Source: Candidatus Dadabacteria bacterium (GTDB taxonomy: Bacteria; Desulfobacterota_D; UBA1144; Nemesobacterales; CSP1-2). Taken from it: a stretch of DNA of 64,000 nucleotides. A program made the position numbers and the translations under genes. Position 1 is the first letter of the stretch; each line of letters starts with the position of its first letter. Where the stretch lies: NCBI GenBank assembly GCA_963805855.1, contig CAWDVW010000007.1, forward strand, positions 576,001-640,000, given 5' to 3'. The notes beneath the pieces are model-generated. The model had not been told where the DNA came from and ran no database searches. It worked only from the letters and a program-made list of their open reading frames with translations. This document shows, in pieces, positions 8,717 to 18,077 of this stretch.

Positions 8717-9772
8717 TTATAGAATTTTTCCTAAAACTGTAAGGGCTAAAAAGACCAAAACCCCAAGAATTGCCAGCGTCAGGAAAACCGGCCTTCTTAG
8801 CGGATTTCTTTCACGGCCAACATCGATTAGAGGTAAGAGAATAAGAAAGAGAATTAGCAAAATCTGTATAAACACACCAAGAAACTTATTCGGAATTAGC
8901 TTTAGCATCTGGTAGGTTGCAAGAAAATACCACTCAGGCTTTATATGAGGAGGTGTAAAAAATGGGTCCGCCCGTTCCAAGGCATCCGTTGGGAAATAAA
9001 GCTTCGGGTAAAAGAAGACAAAAATGAAAAGGATCCCGAGGAAAAAGTATATAACCTTCACGTCCTCTAACGCAAACTGGGGCACGAAGGGCACCTTTTT
9101 CACCTCTTCCTTCTTAGTCCCAGGAGGATAGGATATACCCGTTCTCCTCATAAAGAACAGATGCATTGCGACCAGCATTAGAAACAATAAAGGCACGACT
9201 ATGACATGCAGGGTGAAAAATCTACCCAACGTTGCTTGCCCTACACTTTCACTGCCTCTTACCCACTTTACTAGTTCATTGCCAATATAAGGCACCGCAC
9301 TTATCGTATCCGTTGCAACTGTAGTAGCCCAATAAGAGAGCTGGCTCCAAGGAAGGAGATAGCCCGAGAGTGCTGCTAAAAATCCCAAAGACAAGAGCAC
9401 GCAGCCCGAGATCCACTGTAGCTCTCTGGGCTTCTTATAAGAGCCCATAAAAAGAGTGCTCGCCATATGGAGAAAGAGTACAGCTATGAATATGTTCGCT
9501 GCCATCGCATGAACCCTTCTAATTAACCACCCGAATGGGACCCCGTTAGTTATATAGGTGACACTATCAAAGGCTTTGTCTACATCGGGGATATAATATA
9601 TGAGAAGCAAGATCCCGGATATAAACTGGATTAAAAGCATTGCGATGAGTGCGGCGCCCATAGAGTACCAAAAACTCAGATTCGCCGGGACCATATAGCC
9701 GGTGAGATTACTTTTTATTACCTCTCTAATTCCAACTCTTTCATCGATCCAATCAACGATTTTCTTCAACAT
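8717..9772 (-). CDS. petB: Cytochrome b of a Rieske/cytochrome b complex (b6 plus subunit IV fused)
   Basis: GWLIRRVH, GYLLPW-x-QLSYW, LGRFFTLH and PPHIKPEWY (PEWY) motifs. Confidence 0.93.
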   Translation of the reverse strand: MLKKIVDWIDERVGIREVIKSNLTGYMVPANLSFWYSMGAALIAMLLIQFISGILLLIYYIPDVDKAFDSVTYITNGVPFGWLIRRVHAMAANIFIAVLFLHMASTLFMGSYKKPRELQWISGCVLLSLGFLAALSGYLLPWSQLSYWATTVATDTISAVPYIGNELVKWVRGSESVGQATLGRFFTLHVIVVPLLFLMLVAMHLFFMRRTGISYPPGTKKEEVKKVPFVPQFALEDVKVIYFFLGILFIFVFFYPKLYFPTDALERADPFFTPPHIKPEWYFLATYQMLKLIPNKFLGVFIQILLILFLILLPLIDVGRERNPLRRPVFLTLAILGVLVFLALTVLGKIL

Positions 9773-9773
9773 A

Positions 9774-10217
9774 TCAAGCCTCTGAAAGTTTTATTTCATT
9801 CTCCACAACTTTAACACCGTAGTGGGGAAGTGGCTTGGGAGGCGGTCCTGAAATGACGTTTCCATTGGCGTCAAATCTACCCGCATGACAAGGACACAAA
9901 AATATACCCGCGTCCTTTTCCCACTGTACAATACATCCAAGGTGTGTACATACGGCTGAAAAGGCTCTGATCTCGCCCTTATAATCGATGACAACTGTTG
10001 GGTGACCGAAAGCAAGTCCCGTTTTTGATCCTTCTTCTGATACAGCCGACACCATTATGGGTTTACCCGAAGGGTTTACAAAAACCTTTTCTGTCCCGGC
10101 CGTCGATTTCGGTAAAAGGTATGCTACCGTAGGAGGTATCCAGCTTAACGCTGTAAGACCGAATATCCATTTAACGACTGTGCCAAAGAAATCCCTTCTC
10201 CCGATTTCATCGCCCAT
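9774..10217 (-). CDS. Rieske 2Fe-2S subunit
   Basis: Start reassigned to ATG 10217 ([11 protein letters not shown], Tat motif) after GGAGG; CTHLGC, CPCH and GPPP motifs. Confidence 0.93.
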   Translation of the reverse strand: MGDEIGRRDFFGTVVKWIFGLTALSWIPPTVAYLLPKSTAGTEKVFVNPSGKPIMVSAVSEEGSKTGLAFGHPTVVIDYKGEIRAFSAVCTHLGCIVQWEKDAGIFLCPCHAGRFDANGNVISGPPPKPLPHYGVKVVENEIKLSEA

Positions 10218-10222
10218 GGGGG

Positions 10223-11470
10223 TTACCTCCTTAGTCTTTGATATGTTATCTGCAGTAAAAACAAAACTACCAAAACTGCGGCGAGTAAAGCAAACCAACC
10301 CCATATGCCTATACTTCCTTTCCCAATTTTTATTAATTGTTCATCCTCTGCCATCTCTACCTTCATTATGTTTGGTTCGAGGAAAGGAACCCTGAATTCA
10401 TAATACAAGTAAGATTCAACCAATAGTGTCTCGCCAATTCCTTTCGGAAGAGGAAAGGTAAACTCCTCTCTCCGCGTCTCCTTTGGCCTGATTCGGTTAT
10501 CGCTCTTTACAGACGTAGCTTTTAGAAACATATCTTTAATATTTTCTTCCGGAATCTCTCTTCCCTCCCCATCAACAAGAACTCGTCTGTATACGATCTC
10601 CTCACTTTCAAGCTCCTGTCCCCTGGGGTCGAGAAGTTTAACCGTGAGTATTACTTTACGCGAAGGAATGCCAGTGGGTAGAGAGTGCCCCGCTTCTGCG
10701 TTCGTTACATAGACTACCACCGAGATATGGTCATCGGCTTTTTCGACAACCTGGGTCAGCGTTGCCGCCTTGGTTATATTTATCTGAGAATGTCCACCTA
10801 GAAATTTATGCGCAGTTACATTATGTTGGGTTTTTGCAAATTCAGGATTCACAATAGGGACCCCAAACTCCTCTGGCATATGACAATTCTGACATTGGAT
10901 CCCCTTTTCCGCATAAGGTCCCCGTTTCCATTCCGTATACGTACTCATCACGTGAAATCCATTTTCGTTTACGACTTCATGACATCCGGCGCAGAATTCA
11001 GCCTTTAGGTGGATCTCAGAAAAATGATTCTGATGTCCTATTTCCAAGTCGCTCTTGATTGGACCTCTTTTTACAAAGCCTAGCGCAAATTCAAATGGCT
11101 CTTCCTTACTTAGATCCACGCCTTTTATGGTATGACAAAAATCACATGTAACCCCTTCCTTGGTTATGGGCTGGGTGAGGTTATAATCGCCGGTAACCCT
11201 CACTGTAGGAGCATGACATTTAAGGCAGAATCTTCTATTTTCTTCCCTCTCGACTTCATTATAAAAACCGAGAAAAACAGGGTCGCTGATGGAAGAAGCA
11301 TGTAAAGAATTTTTCCACTGCTTATGTATCATTGTATGGCAGGAGCCACAGACCTGACTCTCTGTGTACCCTTCCTTTTTAACAATGGGATGGTCCGTCA
11401 CGGCTCCTACAGTGACTGTACTAACGAGCAGGGCTAGAAGAACGTTTATAAGATCAGATTTCTTGAGCAT
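10223..11470 (-). CDS. Membrane-anchored pentaheme cytochrome c (c554-like domain plus beta-rich C-domain)
   Basis: 5 CxxCH (CGSCH, CLKCH, CDFCH, CAGCH, CQNCH); AGHSLPTG motif; C-terminal TM. Confidence 0.88.
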   Translation of the reverse strand: MLKKSDLINVLLALLVSTVTVGAVTDHPIVKKEGYTESQVCGSCHTMIHKQWKNSLHASSISDPVFLGFYNEVEREENRRFCLKCHAPTVRVTGDYNLTQPITKEGVTCDFCHTIKGVDLSKEEPFEFALGFVKRGPIKSDLEIGHQNHFSEIHLKAEFCAGCHEVVNENGFHVMSTYTEWKRGPYAEKGIQCQNCHMPEEFGVPIVNPEFAKTQHNVTAHKFLGGHSQINITKAATLTQVVEKADDHISVVVYVTNAEAGHSLPTGIPSRKVILTVKLLDPRGQELESEEIVYRRVLVDGEGREIPEENIKDMFLKATSVKSDNRIRPKETRREEFTFPLPKGIGETLLVESYLYYEFRVPFLEPNIMKVEMAEDEQLIKIGKGSIGIWGWFALLAAVLVVLFLLQITYQRLRR

Positions 11471-11619
11471 ACCGGAAAGAGTTTCCTACAAGTAAGACAT
11501 CCTGTAAAGAAAGTAAAATTTTCTATTCAGTCGCCGCAACAATTTCAGACTTAATTTATCTTATTCTACATCAAGAGTCCAGTTCCTATTCAGGCTCTAT
11601 GTTTCATTGTTTCATTGAG

Positions 11620-11636
11620 AGCAAGTTCCATGCCAA
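11620..11636 (-). promoter_or_regulatory. Sigma54 promoter of the pentaheme-Rieske-cytochrome b operon
   Basis: TTGGCATGGAACTTGCT on the minus strand. Confidence 0.8.
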
Positions 11637-11810
11637 TAGCTCACCAGGCCTTAGAATCTAGTCTTTTTGCTCCCACGGAATTGTGGTCATCAGGGAAAGC
11701 AAGTCGACTGTATGAAAATCTGACATACTAAGTGTTTTACCTCTAATAAAACCCCTGTAGCGAACCCTAGGGAAATCGCTAGTTAAACTGTTTTAGCGAT
11801 CTGTAATTCT

Positions 11811-11827
11811 TTGGCACAAAGTTTGCT
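11811..11827 (+). promoter_or_regulatory. Sigma54 promoter of hemA
   Basis: TTGGCACAAAGTTTGCT, 20 bp before ATG 11848. Confidence 0.8.
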
Positions 11828-11847
11828 CAGTGATACTCTTCAAGAAG

Positions 11848-13158
11848 ATGAGATTGGTTCTTGTCGGACTTAATCATAAGACTGCTCCTGTTGAGGTGAG
11901 GGAAAATCTCTATTTTGAAAATTCTTCTCTCGGAGCTGGACTAGATGACTTGCGGCAGAAAGCCGGAATTAGAGAATGTGCAATCCTCTCGACCTGTAAT
12001 CGTGTGGAGGTATATGGTGTAACAGAAAATGAAGACGGCATAGAGGAAATTACACAATTTCTATCCGAATTTCATGGTGTTCCTACACTGAACTTCGCTC
12101 CTTACCTCTATGTTATGACGAGAAACGCTGTTACAAGGCACATGCTTCGAGTTACGTCCAGCCTAGATTCTATGGTGGTGGGTGAACCCCAAATACTGGG
12201 ACAGGTTAAGGATGCTTATAGAATGGCTGTTGGAAAGAAGACCGCAGGGCCTATACTCAACCGCCTCTTCAATCATGCCTTTTTTGTTGCAAAGAGGGTG
12301 AGAGCCGAAACCGGAATAGGACACTATACCACCTCGGTAAGTCATGCAGCGGTGGAGCTTGCAAAAAGAATATTTGACGACCTTTCAGGGAGAAGGGTCA
12401 TGCTCATAGGAGCAGGAGGAATGGGAAAGCATGCTCTGACTCATCTTGTAGCAGCAGGGGTAAGAGACTTAATCGTTGCCAATCGGACAATTGGGCGAGC
12501 CCAAGAGATTACTGAAAAATTGGGCGGTAGAGCGATAAGAATTGAAGAGGCTTACAATTACTTAAAGGAATCGGATATCGTGATTACCGCTACCGGTTCT
12601 AATGATTTTATAATAAAGCCACAGAACGTTCTCGATGCTCTAAAGCTCCGGCGCAATGAGCCCATGTTTATGATAGATATTGGAGTCCCGAGAGATGTTG
12701 ACCCGAGGGTTGGAGAGCTAGAAAACGTCTATCTTTACGATATAGACGACCTTCAGGGTGTCGTAGTTGAAACCTCTAAGATAAGACACGTTCACCTAGA
12801 AAAGGCTGAAGAGATAATTCTTCAAGGAGATACGGGGTTCCATCAGTGGCTCGAAGGGCTTAAGGCCGTACCGACCATCATCTCCATAAGACGACGGTTT
12901 AATGAAATTAAATGCATTGAGGTTGAGAAGGCCTTAAAGAGGTTAGGCAACATCTCGGAAAGAGAGAGGGAGATCATAGAAGGGATGGCATCTGCAATTA
13001 TAGGTAAGATTCTTCATCACCCGGTAACCAGGTTAAAAACAGAGGCTTCTAAGTTAACAGGGGATATCTATGCAGATACGATCAGAGAAATATTTAACCT
13101 TGATGAACAATCCAAGTTACAAGAATACTGCGTAGTGAATTCTGAAAATGAGGTTTAG
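11848..13158 (+). CDS. hemA: Glutamyl-tRNA reductase
   Basis: VGLNHKTAPVEVRE, STCNRVE, LDSMVVGEPQILGQVK, IDIGVPRD; start placed at ATG 11848, downstream of the sigma54 promoter. Confidence 0.96.
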   Translation: MRLVLVGLNHKTAPVEVRENLYFENSSLGAGLDDLRQKAGIRECAILSTCNRVEVYGVTENEDGIEEITQFLSEFHGVPTLNFAPYLYVMTRNAVTRHMLRVTSSLDSMVVGEPQILGQVKDAYRMAVGKKTAGPILNRLFNHAFFVAKRVRAETGIGHYTTSVSHAAVELAKRIFDDLSGRRVMLIGAGGMGKHALTHLVAAGVRDLIVANRTIGRAQEITEKLGGRAIRIEEAYNYLKESDIVITATGSNDFIIKPQNVLDALKLRRNEPMFMIDIGVPRDVDPRVGELENVYLYDIDDLQGVVVETSKIRHVHLEKAEEIILQGDTGFHQWLEGLKAVPTIISIRRRFNEIKCIEVEKALKRLGNISEREREIIEGMASAIIGKILHHPVTRLKTEASKLTGDIYADTIREIFNLDEQSKLQEYCVVNSENEV

Positions 13159-13162
13159 TGGG

Positions 13163-13552
13163 CTACTGTACCTCGCCCTTAACGAGCTCGGAATTGCGAA
13201 TACCTCGAATGGGATTGAATAAAAAACAAAAAATTACGCCCTTAGTATCAGCGAGATTATGAATCCTGTAGGGCTCATTATCGAATATTGATATACCCTC
13301 GCCGCGAAGAAGTTCGTAGTACCTATCACCGACTTCAAATGCCAGGTTGCCCTCGACAATCATGTGAAATGACGCATTGTACCAGAGGTAGGATTCATCA
13401 ACCGAAGATTTCGGCCCTAGTTCTATTGTTAATAACTCAATTGGATCACTTTCGTATATTACACGAATACAGGTTGTTCCTCGCTGAATAGACCTTAAAG
13501 AGTGCCCCTTCTTAAAAACCCGTACATCCGCGTGTTCCATCTTTCTTTCCAC
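13163..13552 (-). CDS. Cupin domain protein
   Basis: Cupin barrel pattern (IVEGNLAFEVG..YELLRGEGISIFDNEPYRIHN); start could be ATG 13540. Confidence 0.65.
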   Translation of the reverse strand: MERKMEHADVRVFKKGHSLRSIQRGTTCIRVIYESDPIELLTIELGPKSSVDESYLWYNASFHMIVEGNLAFEVGDRYYELLRGEGISIFDNEPYRIHNLADTKGVIFCFLFNPIRGIRNSELVKGEVQ

Positions 13553-13967
13553 AAGTGCTTACAATTAAATTATCTACGTGGCAATATCCATACCGAAGCA
13601 TAAGAACGTTCGGGCGAAAAATTGCCCATTTCTAACCGCCTATAATTAAATAGTATTTCTTAAAATCCGAATTCCTGTCAAAGACGGGATTCCGAGAATT
13701 TATAGAGCAGACGATTTCAAAATGAAATGGTTTTTCTCTAATTGACTGAAATGATTGATTTTTACAATATTACAATTTGCAATAAATTCTTAAATATTGT
13801 TCAAAATGCAATATATCAATTTTTTATCACGGCGATAATGAATCACAGCTCTACCGAGCTTTTCTATATTTTAAGCCGGGTTGATTCTAACATACCGTCA
13901 AGGTTAATTTTATTGCGAGTGAAATGGTATTTCGACACACTATCTCAGCATTTTGAATGGATGGTTT

Positions 13968-13984
13968 CTGGCATGATAATTGCT
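13968..13984 (+). promoter_or_regulatory. Sigma54 promoter of the large lipoprotein cytochrome
   Basis: CTGGCATGATAATTGCT. Confidence 0.8.
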
Positions 13985-14098
13985 CCTATATGATGGTTGT
14001 GAACTCAAAAAGAGATACAACAAAATCGAAACGGCTGTCGTCCCATAATTGGTTTTCCAGTGTAGAAGCAATAAAAAAAAGCTTAAAGGAGTAAAAGC

Positions 14099-16585
14099 AT
14101 GGCAAAGGAAATAAGTTATACACTCTTTACCATTTTCCTCTCTATACTAATGTTTAGCATCATTAGCTGTGATGGAGGGGGAGGGGGAGGAGGAGGAGGT
14201 GGCGGAGGATCCAGGGTGGAGCTTGATCAAACCCAGTGCAAAAGCGTGGGATTTGGTGCACAGGCTAATGTTCAGGTGATTGCGCCTGCGAATGCGTCTA
14301 TCGAGTGGACATTCGCCGACTGGCCTGGCAGCGACCCAGAGTTTGGTATACCAGCCCCTAGCCTCACAGGTGCTAATACCGATACTGTGTCCTTTACCAC
14401 GTTTAGTATCGAGGACACTCTAGCCAATCTGAACAGAGGCCTTCGCGACAGATTCGAGATCCTGCCTTTCAGCGCGCAGGAGGTGAACTATATCCTCGAC
14501 GTTAAGGTGAGCTCCGGTGGAAACGAAGTGGAGGAATCGATAAGATGCACGTCCGCTCCTCAGTATGGGGGTTGGGAAAACGAATATATTCCCTTGAATT
14601 TCGATCCCGAAACCGAGACCCTTCCCTTCCAGGCCAACACACATCTAGGACTTCCTGTTTATTTTAACGGGGGAACTCAGGACTCTTACAACTGGTCAAT
14701 TACTAGCAAGCCCGCTGGATCAAGCGCATCAATCGTAGATGCGTCTTCAAGAACCCCTCACTTCACCCCCGACGTAGCCGGAGATTATCAGATCGCAGAA
14801 TCCATGTCCGGAAACAGTTTCAGCATATTCAACGTCAGCGAATGGCTCGGTGTCACTGCGGGAGGAAGCTGCTCTGCGTGTCACTCGATAGACCAGACCA
14901 GATCATCTGACGGCAGAATCATGACGCCGAAATATCAACCATGGCTCGCTACCGGTCACGCAACATTCTTCGAAGAAAGCATTGACGGACAAAAATCCTC
15001 CCATTACAACGAAAGCTGCATATACTGTCACACGGTGGGTTACAACCTGGGGAACACGATCTATAATAACGGGTTTGATGACGTTCAGGAAGTGGTTGGC
15101 TGGGAATTTCCTGCCACGCTTATGCCCGGAAACTTCGATGCTATCCCGTCGGACCTCCAGGAACTGGCGAATATACAGTGTGAAAATTGCCATGGGCCGG
15201 GACAGCGGCATGCTTCTATGGGCGGAGACCCCGATGCCATAATAACGAACTACACAGCTAACGATTGCTTCCAGTGTCACGATGAACCCCCAAATCACCT
15301 TAGAGCTAATCAATGGAATAATTCCCCCCACTCAAAATTTGTGACCACAGGAGATCTTCAAATAAGTCCCCTGGGAGAAGATGACCCTGCACTAAGGGGA
15401 ACCTGTGCAAATTGTCACAGCACAGCCGGCAACGTGATATGGATCAGAAGCGGCGGCGAGCCTCAGGATCTTGTAGACTTTGCACCGCCAGCGGATTTCG
15501 CCGAGCCACAAACGTGTTCAGCGTGCCATGATCCGCACAATGAAGCCAACTGCGAGCACCAGGTGAGGCGATGCAGCAGCTTTACCACCGTTGCCATGTA
15601 TACAGTGCCGGATAGCGTGGGATTGGGCGCAACGTGCTTTGGTTGCCATAACTCAAGGAGACCAATAAGCAACCCGAGCACATTGACAAACCAAAATGAT
15701 GCGCACGCAGCCCTTCAGGGGGACACGTTCCTGGGTGAAAATATGTGGTTTGAAGAGGATGCGCCCGGTGGAGTATATCCAAATTCACCTCATACGACCG
15801 CTACCAAAGAGGCATGCGTAGACTGCCACATGGCCCAGAATCCCGACCAGGACGGCCCCGAGCGCAATAAGGTTGGAGAGCATACACATCTTGTAATTGA
15901 CGAGGAGACGGAATTTGAGAACACGGGTATAGCTCCGACAGCCGATGACCCCCAAGGGTCGGGCTGTCTGTCATCGGGATGTCATGCCACGTCGGCCGAT
16001 ATATTTGAGTTCAATATTCCGCACACTTATGGAGACTTCAACGGCAATGGCATTAGAGAAGGCGTACAGACCGAGGTACTGGGGCTTTTAGACAAACTGG
16101 GAGACGCAATAGGTGAATTTGCGATGGATGCCGGCTGGGATGCCGGTTGCGTTCCGCAAGGGAAACCCACTCCGGTTCCGTTCCACGGAAGGGTAAGGCT
16201 CCTGAAGAGTTGCTGCACCATAGAACAGGCGGAAACAGACGATACCTGCTTTACGCAGCCTGCGGGAATGATCCCCGACGCAGATATCTATAAGGCAGCC
16301 TTCAACTATCTCTTTGTAGAGGAAGACAAGAGCGAAGGGGTGCATAACACGGCTTTCGAAGTCACTGCACTGAGAACCTCATACGAACAGGTCACCGGGG
16401 AGGAGTTCAGTGGGGAAAAGTATCCGCACAGCGAAGAAACATGGCCTGGCGCCCATCCGGGGGTTGTCAAGGCAGATAACGTAGCCAGATGCGTGGGTTG
16501 TCACTTTGCCGGCAATCCGTACGGTGCTCCGTTCCCGGCGCCATTTCCTCTTGGCGTTCCAGTGTGCAGCTCATGCCATCAGTAA
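14099..16585 (+). CDS. Large outer-surface lipoprotein multiheme cytochrome (OmcB/c552-like; 10 CxxCH plus 1 CX4CH)
   Basis: Lipobox IISC then D-G12-S; PKD/Ig-like N-domains; 10 CxxCH plus CLSSGCH; C-terminal AAFNY...GVHN helical motif. Confidence 0.88.
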   Translation: MAKEISYTLFTIFLSILMFSIISCDGGGGGGGGGGGGSRVELDQTQCKSVGFGAQANVQVIAPANASIEWTFADWPGSDPEFGIPAPSLTGANTDTVSFTTFSIEDTLANLNRGLRDRFEILPFSAQEVNYILDVKVSSGGNEVEESIRCTSAPQYGGWENEYIPLNFDPETETLPFQANTHLGLPVYFNGGTQDSYNWSITSKPAGSSASIVDASSRTPHFTPDVAGDYQIAESMSGNSFSIFNVSEWLGVTAGGSCSACHSIDQTRSSDGRIMTPKYQPWLATGHATFFEESIDGQKSSHYNESCIYCHTVGYNLGNTIYNNGFDDVQEVVGWEFPATLMPGNFDAIPSDLQELANIQCENCHGPGQRHASMGGDPDAIITNYTANDCFQCHDEPPNHLRANQWNNSPHSKFVTTGDLQISPLGEDDPALRGTCANCHSTAGNVIWIRSGGEPQDLVDFAPPADFAEPQTCSACHDPHNEANCEHQVRRCSSFTTVAMYTVPDSVGLGATCFGCHNSRRPISNPSTLTNQNDAHAALQGDTFLGENMWFEEDAPGGVYPNSPHTTATKEACVDCHMAQNPDQDGPERNKVGEHTHLVIDEETEFENTGIAPTADDPQGSGCLSSGCHATSADIFEFNIPHTYGDFNGNGIREGVQTEVLGLLDKLGDAIGEFAMDAGWDAGCVPQGKPTPVPFHGRVRLLKSCCTIEQAETDDTCFTQPAGMIPDADIYKAAFNYLFVEEDKSEGVHNTAFEVTALRTSYEQVTGEEFSGEKYPHSEETWPGAHPGVVKADNVARCVGCHFAGNPYGAPFPAPFPLGVPVCSSCHQ

Positions 16586-16626
16586 AGGGACACTGCTGAC
16601 GGCGGTCAGTGTTTATTTTCGAGTAT

Positions 16627-16672
16627 AGGATCAGGGCCCGGTTTCAGAACATGGGTCCTGATCCTTTTTTTT
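16627..16672 (+). terminator. Intrinsic terminator
   Basis: AGGATCAGGGCCC...GGGTCCTGATCCT followed by a T-run. Confidence 0.75.
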
Positions 16673-18074
16673 ACTCTGTGTTTTCTTTGCCGAGCTTTCG
16701 CCAGATTGTGACAGGGGAGATTCCAAGGATCTCTGCCGCCTTAATTCTGTTTCCGCCGCAGAGCCTTAGAACCTCCTCGATATAGCCATCCTCAACCTCT
16801 CTTAATGTCCGGAACCCTTTTTCTCCTAGATCCCTCTTTGCCTCCTTTCCACTATCCGGAGGGGGGATTTCAGTTCCTTCAAAAATTTGCTGTGGAAGGT
16901 GACGAGTTCGGATAAGGCCGTCTTTTTCTGCGAATATTACCGCGCGCTCAATCGCATTCTTGAGCTCTCTTACGTTTCCCGGCCAGTTATAATTGGTGAT
17001 ACGCGCCATTGCCCGTTCAGAAAAATCAAAAATATTTTTTTTCAACTCCTCCGAGTACTTCCTAAGAAAGTGTCTGGCAAACATGGGAATGTCTTCTCTC
17101 TGCTCGCGTAAGGGCGGGATATTTATCTGTACAACGTTAAGTCTATAGTAGAGATCATCACGGAAGTTGCCCTCTCTCACCTCCTGTGCGATCTCCCTAT
17201 TAGTTGCGGCGACTACCCTTACATCCACGCTGATTTCATCCTCTGAACCCACCGTCTTTATCTTTCTTGCCTCCAGTGCACGAAGAATCTTAGCCTGCAT
17301 ATCCTTTTTCATCTCGCTTATCTCATCCAAGAAAAGAGTCCCCCCATCTGCCAGCTCAAAACTACCCTTCTTTGTATAGATTGCCCCCGTAAAAGCACCC
17401 TTCTTATGACCAAAGAGCTCGCTTTCCAGAAGTGCCTCGGGTATAGCGGCACAATTCACTGTTACGAAGGGGTTGTTGCTTCGGAAGCTCTTGAAGTGAA
17501 TTATACGTGCAAGAACCTCTTTTCCTGTTCCACTCTCTCCTAAAATTAACACGCTCGAATCTGTCTCAGATACCTTGAGAGCCAGCTCAAACACTTCATG
17601 CATTTTCTTACTATTGCCGATGACGACATCCTGCCCGTAGAAGTTTCCCAGTTCATCTCTTAGGAATATGCTCTCATCTCCCAGTTTCTTCTTTTGAAAA
17701 GCTCTATTGACAATAAAACGGATCTGATCGGGTTTAAAGGGCTTTGTAATATAGTCTATGGCTCCATGCCGCATAGAGGTTATTGCCGTATCAATCGACG
17801 CATATCCGGTAATCATACAGACAATAATTCTATGATTAAACTCTTTAATTTGGTCCAGTATTTGAAGTCCATCCTGATCCGGGAGACGGATGTCGCAGAT
17901 AACCATATCGTAGGCGTCTGCGCGGACCATTTTCAGAGCTTCATATCCATCATGAGAAGTGCTGACTGAATAACCGCTTCGCTCAAGCGTCTTCTTTATA
18001 GACTCACAAATATTTTGCTCATCGTCTACTACCAGAATCCGTCCCTTGCTCTCTTCCGTATCGCTCATACGCAT
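16671..18074 (-). CDS. Sigma54-dependent response regulator (NtrC/AtoC family)
   Basis: REC domain (VVDDE, CDIRLP), GESGTGKE, ESELFGH, GAFTGA, WPGNVREL, Fis-type HTH. Confidence 0.96.
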   Translation of the reverse strand: MRMSDTEESKGRILVVDDEQNICESIKKTLERSGYSVSTSHDGYEALKMVRADAYDMVICDIRLPDQDGLQILDQIKEFNHRIIVCMITGYASIDTAITSMRHGAIDYITKPFKPDQIRFIVNRAFQKKKLGDESIFLRDELGNFYGQDVVIGNSKKMHEVFELALKVSETDSSVLILGESGTGKEVLARIIHFKSFRSNNPFVTVNCAAIPEALLESELFGHKKGAFTGAIYTKKGSFELADGGTLFLDEISEMKKDMQAKILRALEARKIKTVGSEDEISVDVRVVAATNREIAQEVREGNFRDDLYYRLNVVQINIPPLREQREDIPMFARHFLRKYSEELKKNIFDFSERAMARITNYNWPGNVRELKNAIERAVIFAEKDGLIRTRHLPQQIFEGTEIPPPDSGKEAKRDLGEKGFRTLREVEDGYIEEVLRLCGGNRIKAAEILGISPVTIWRKLGKENTE

Positions 18075-18077
18075 TGA

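Noticed and set aside
13742-13993. 83-aa ORF
   Set aside because: AT-rich regulatory region overlapping a sigma54 promoter; no coding features.
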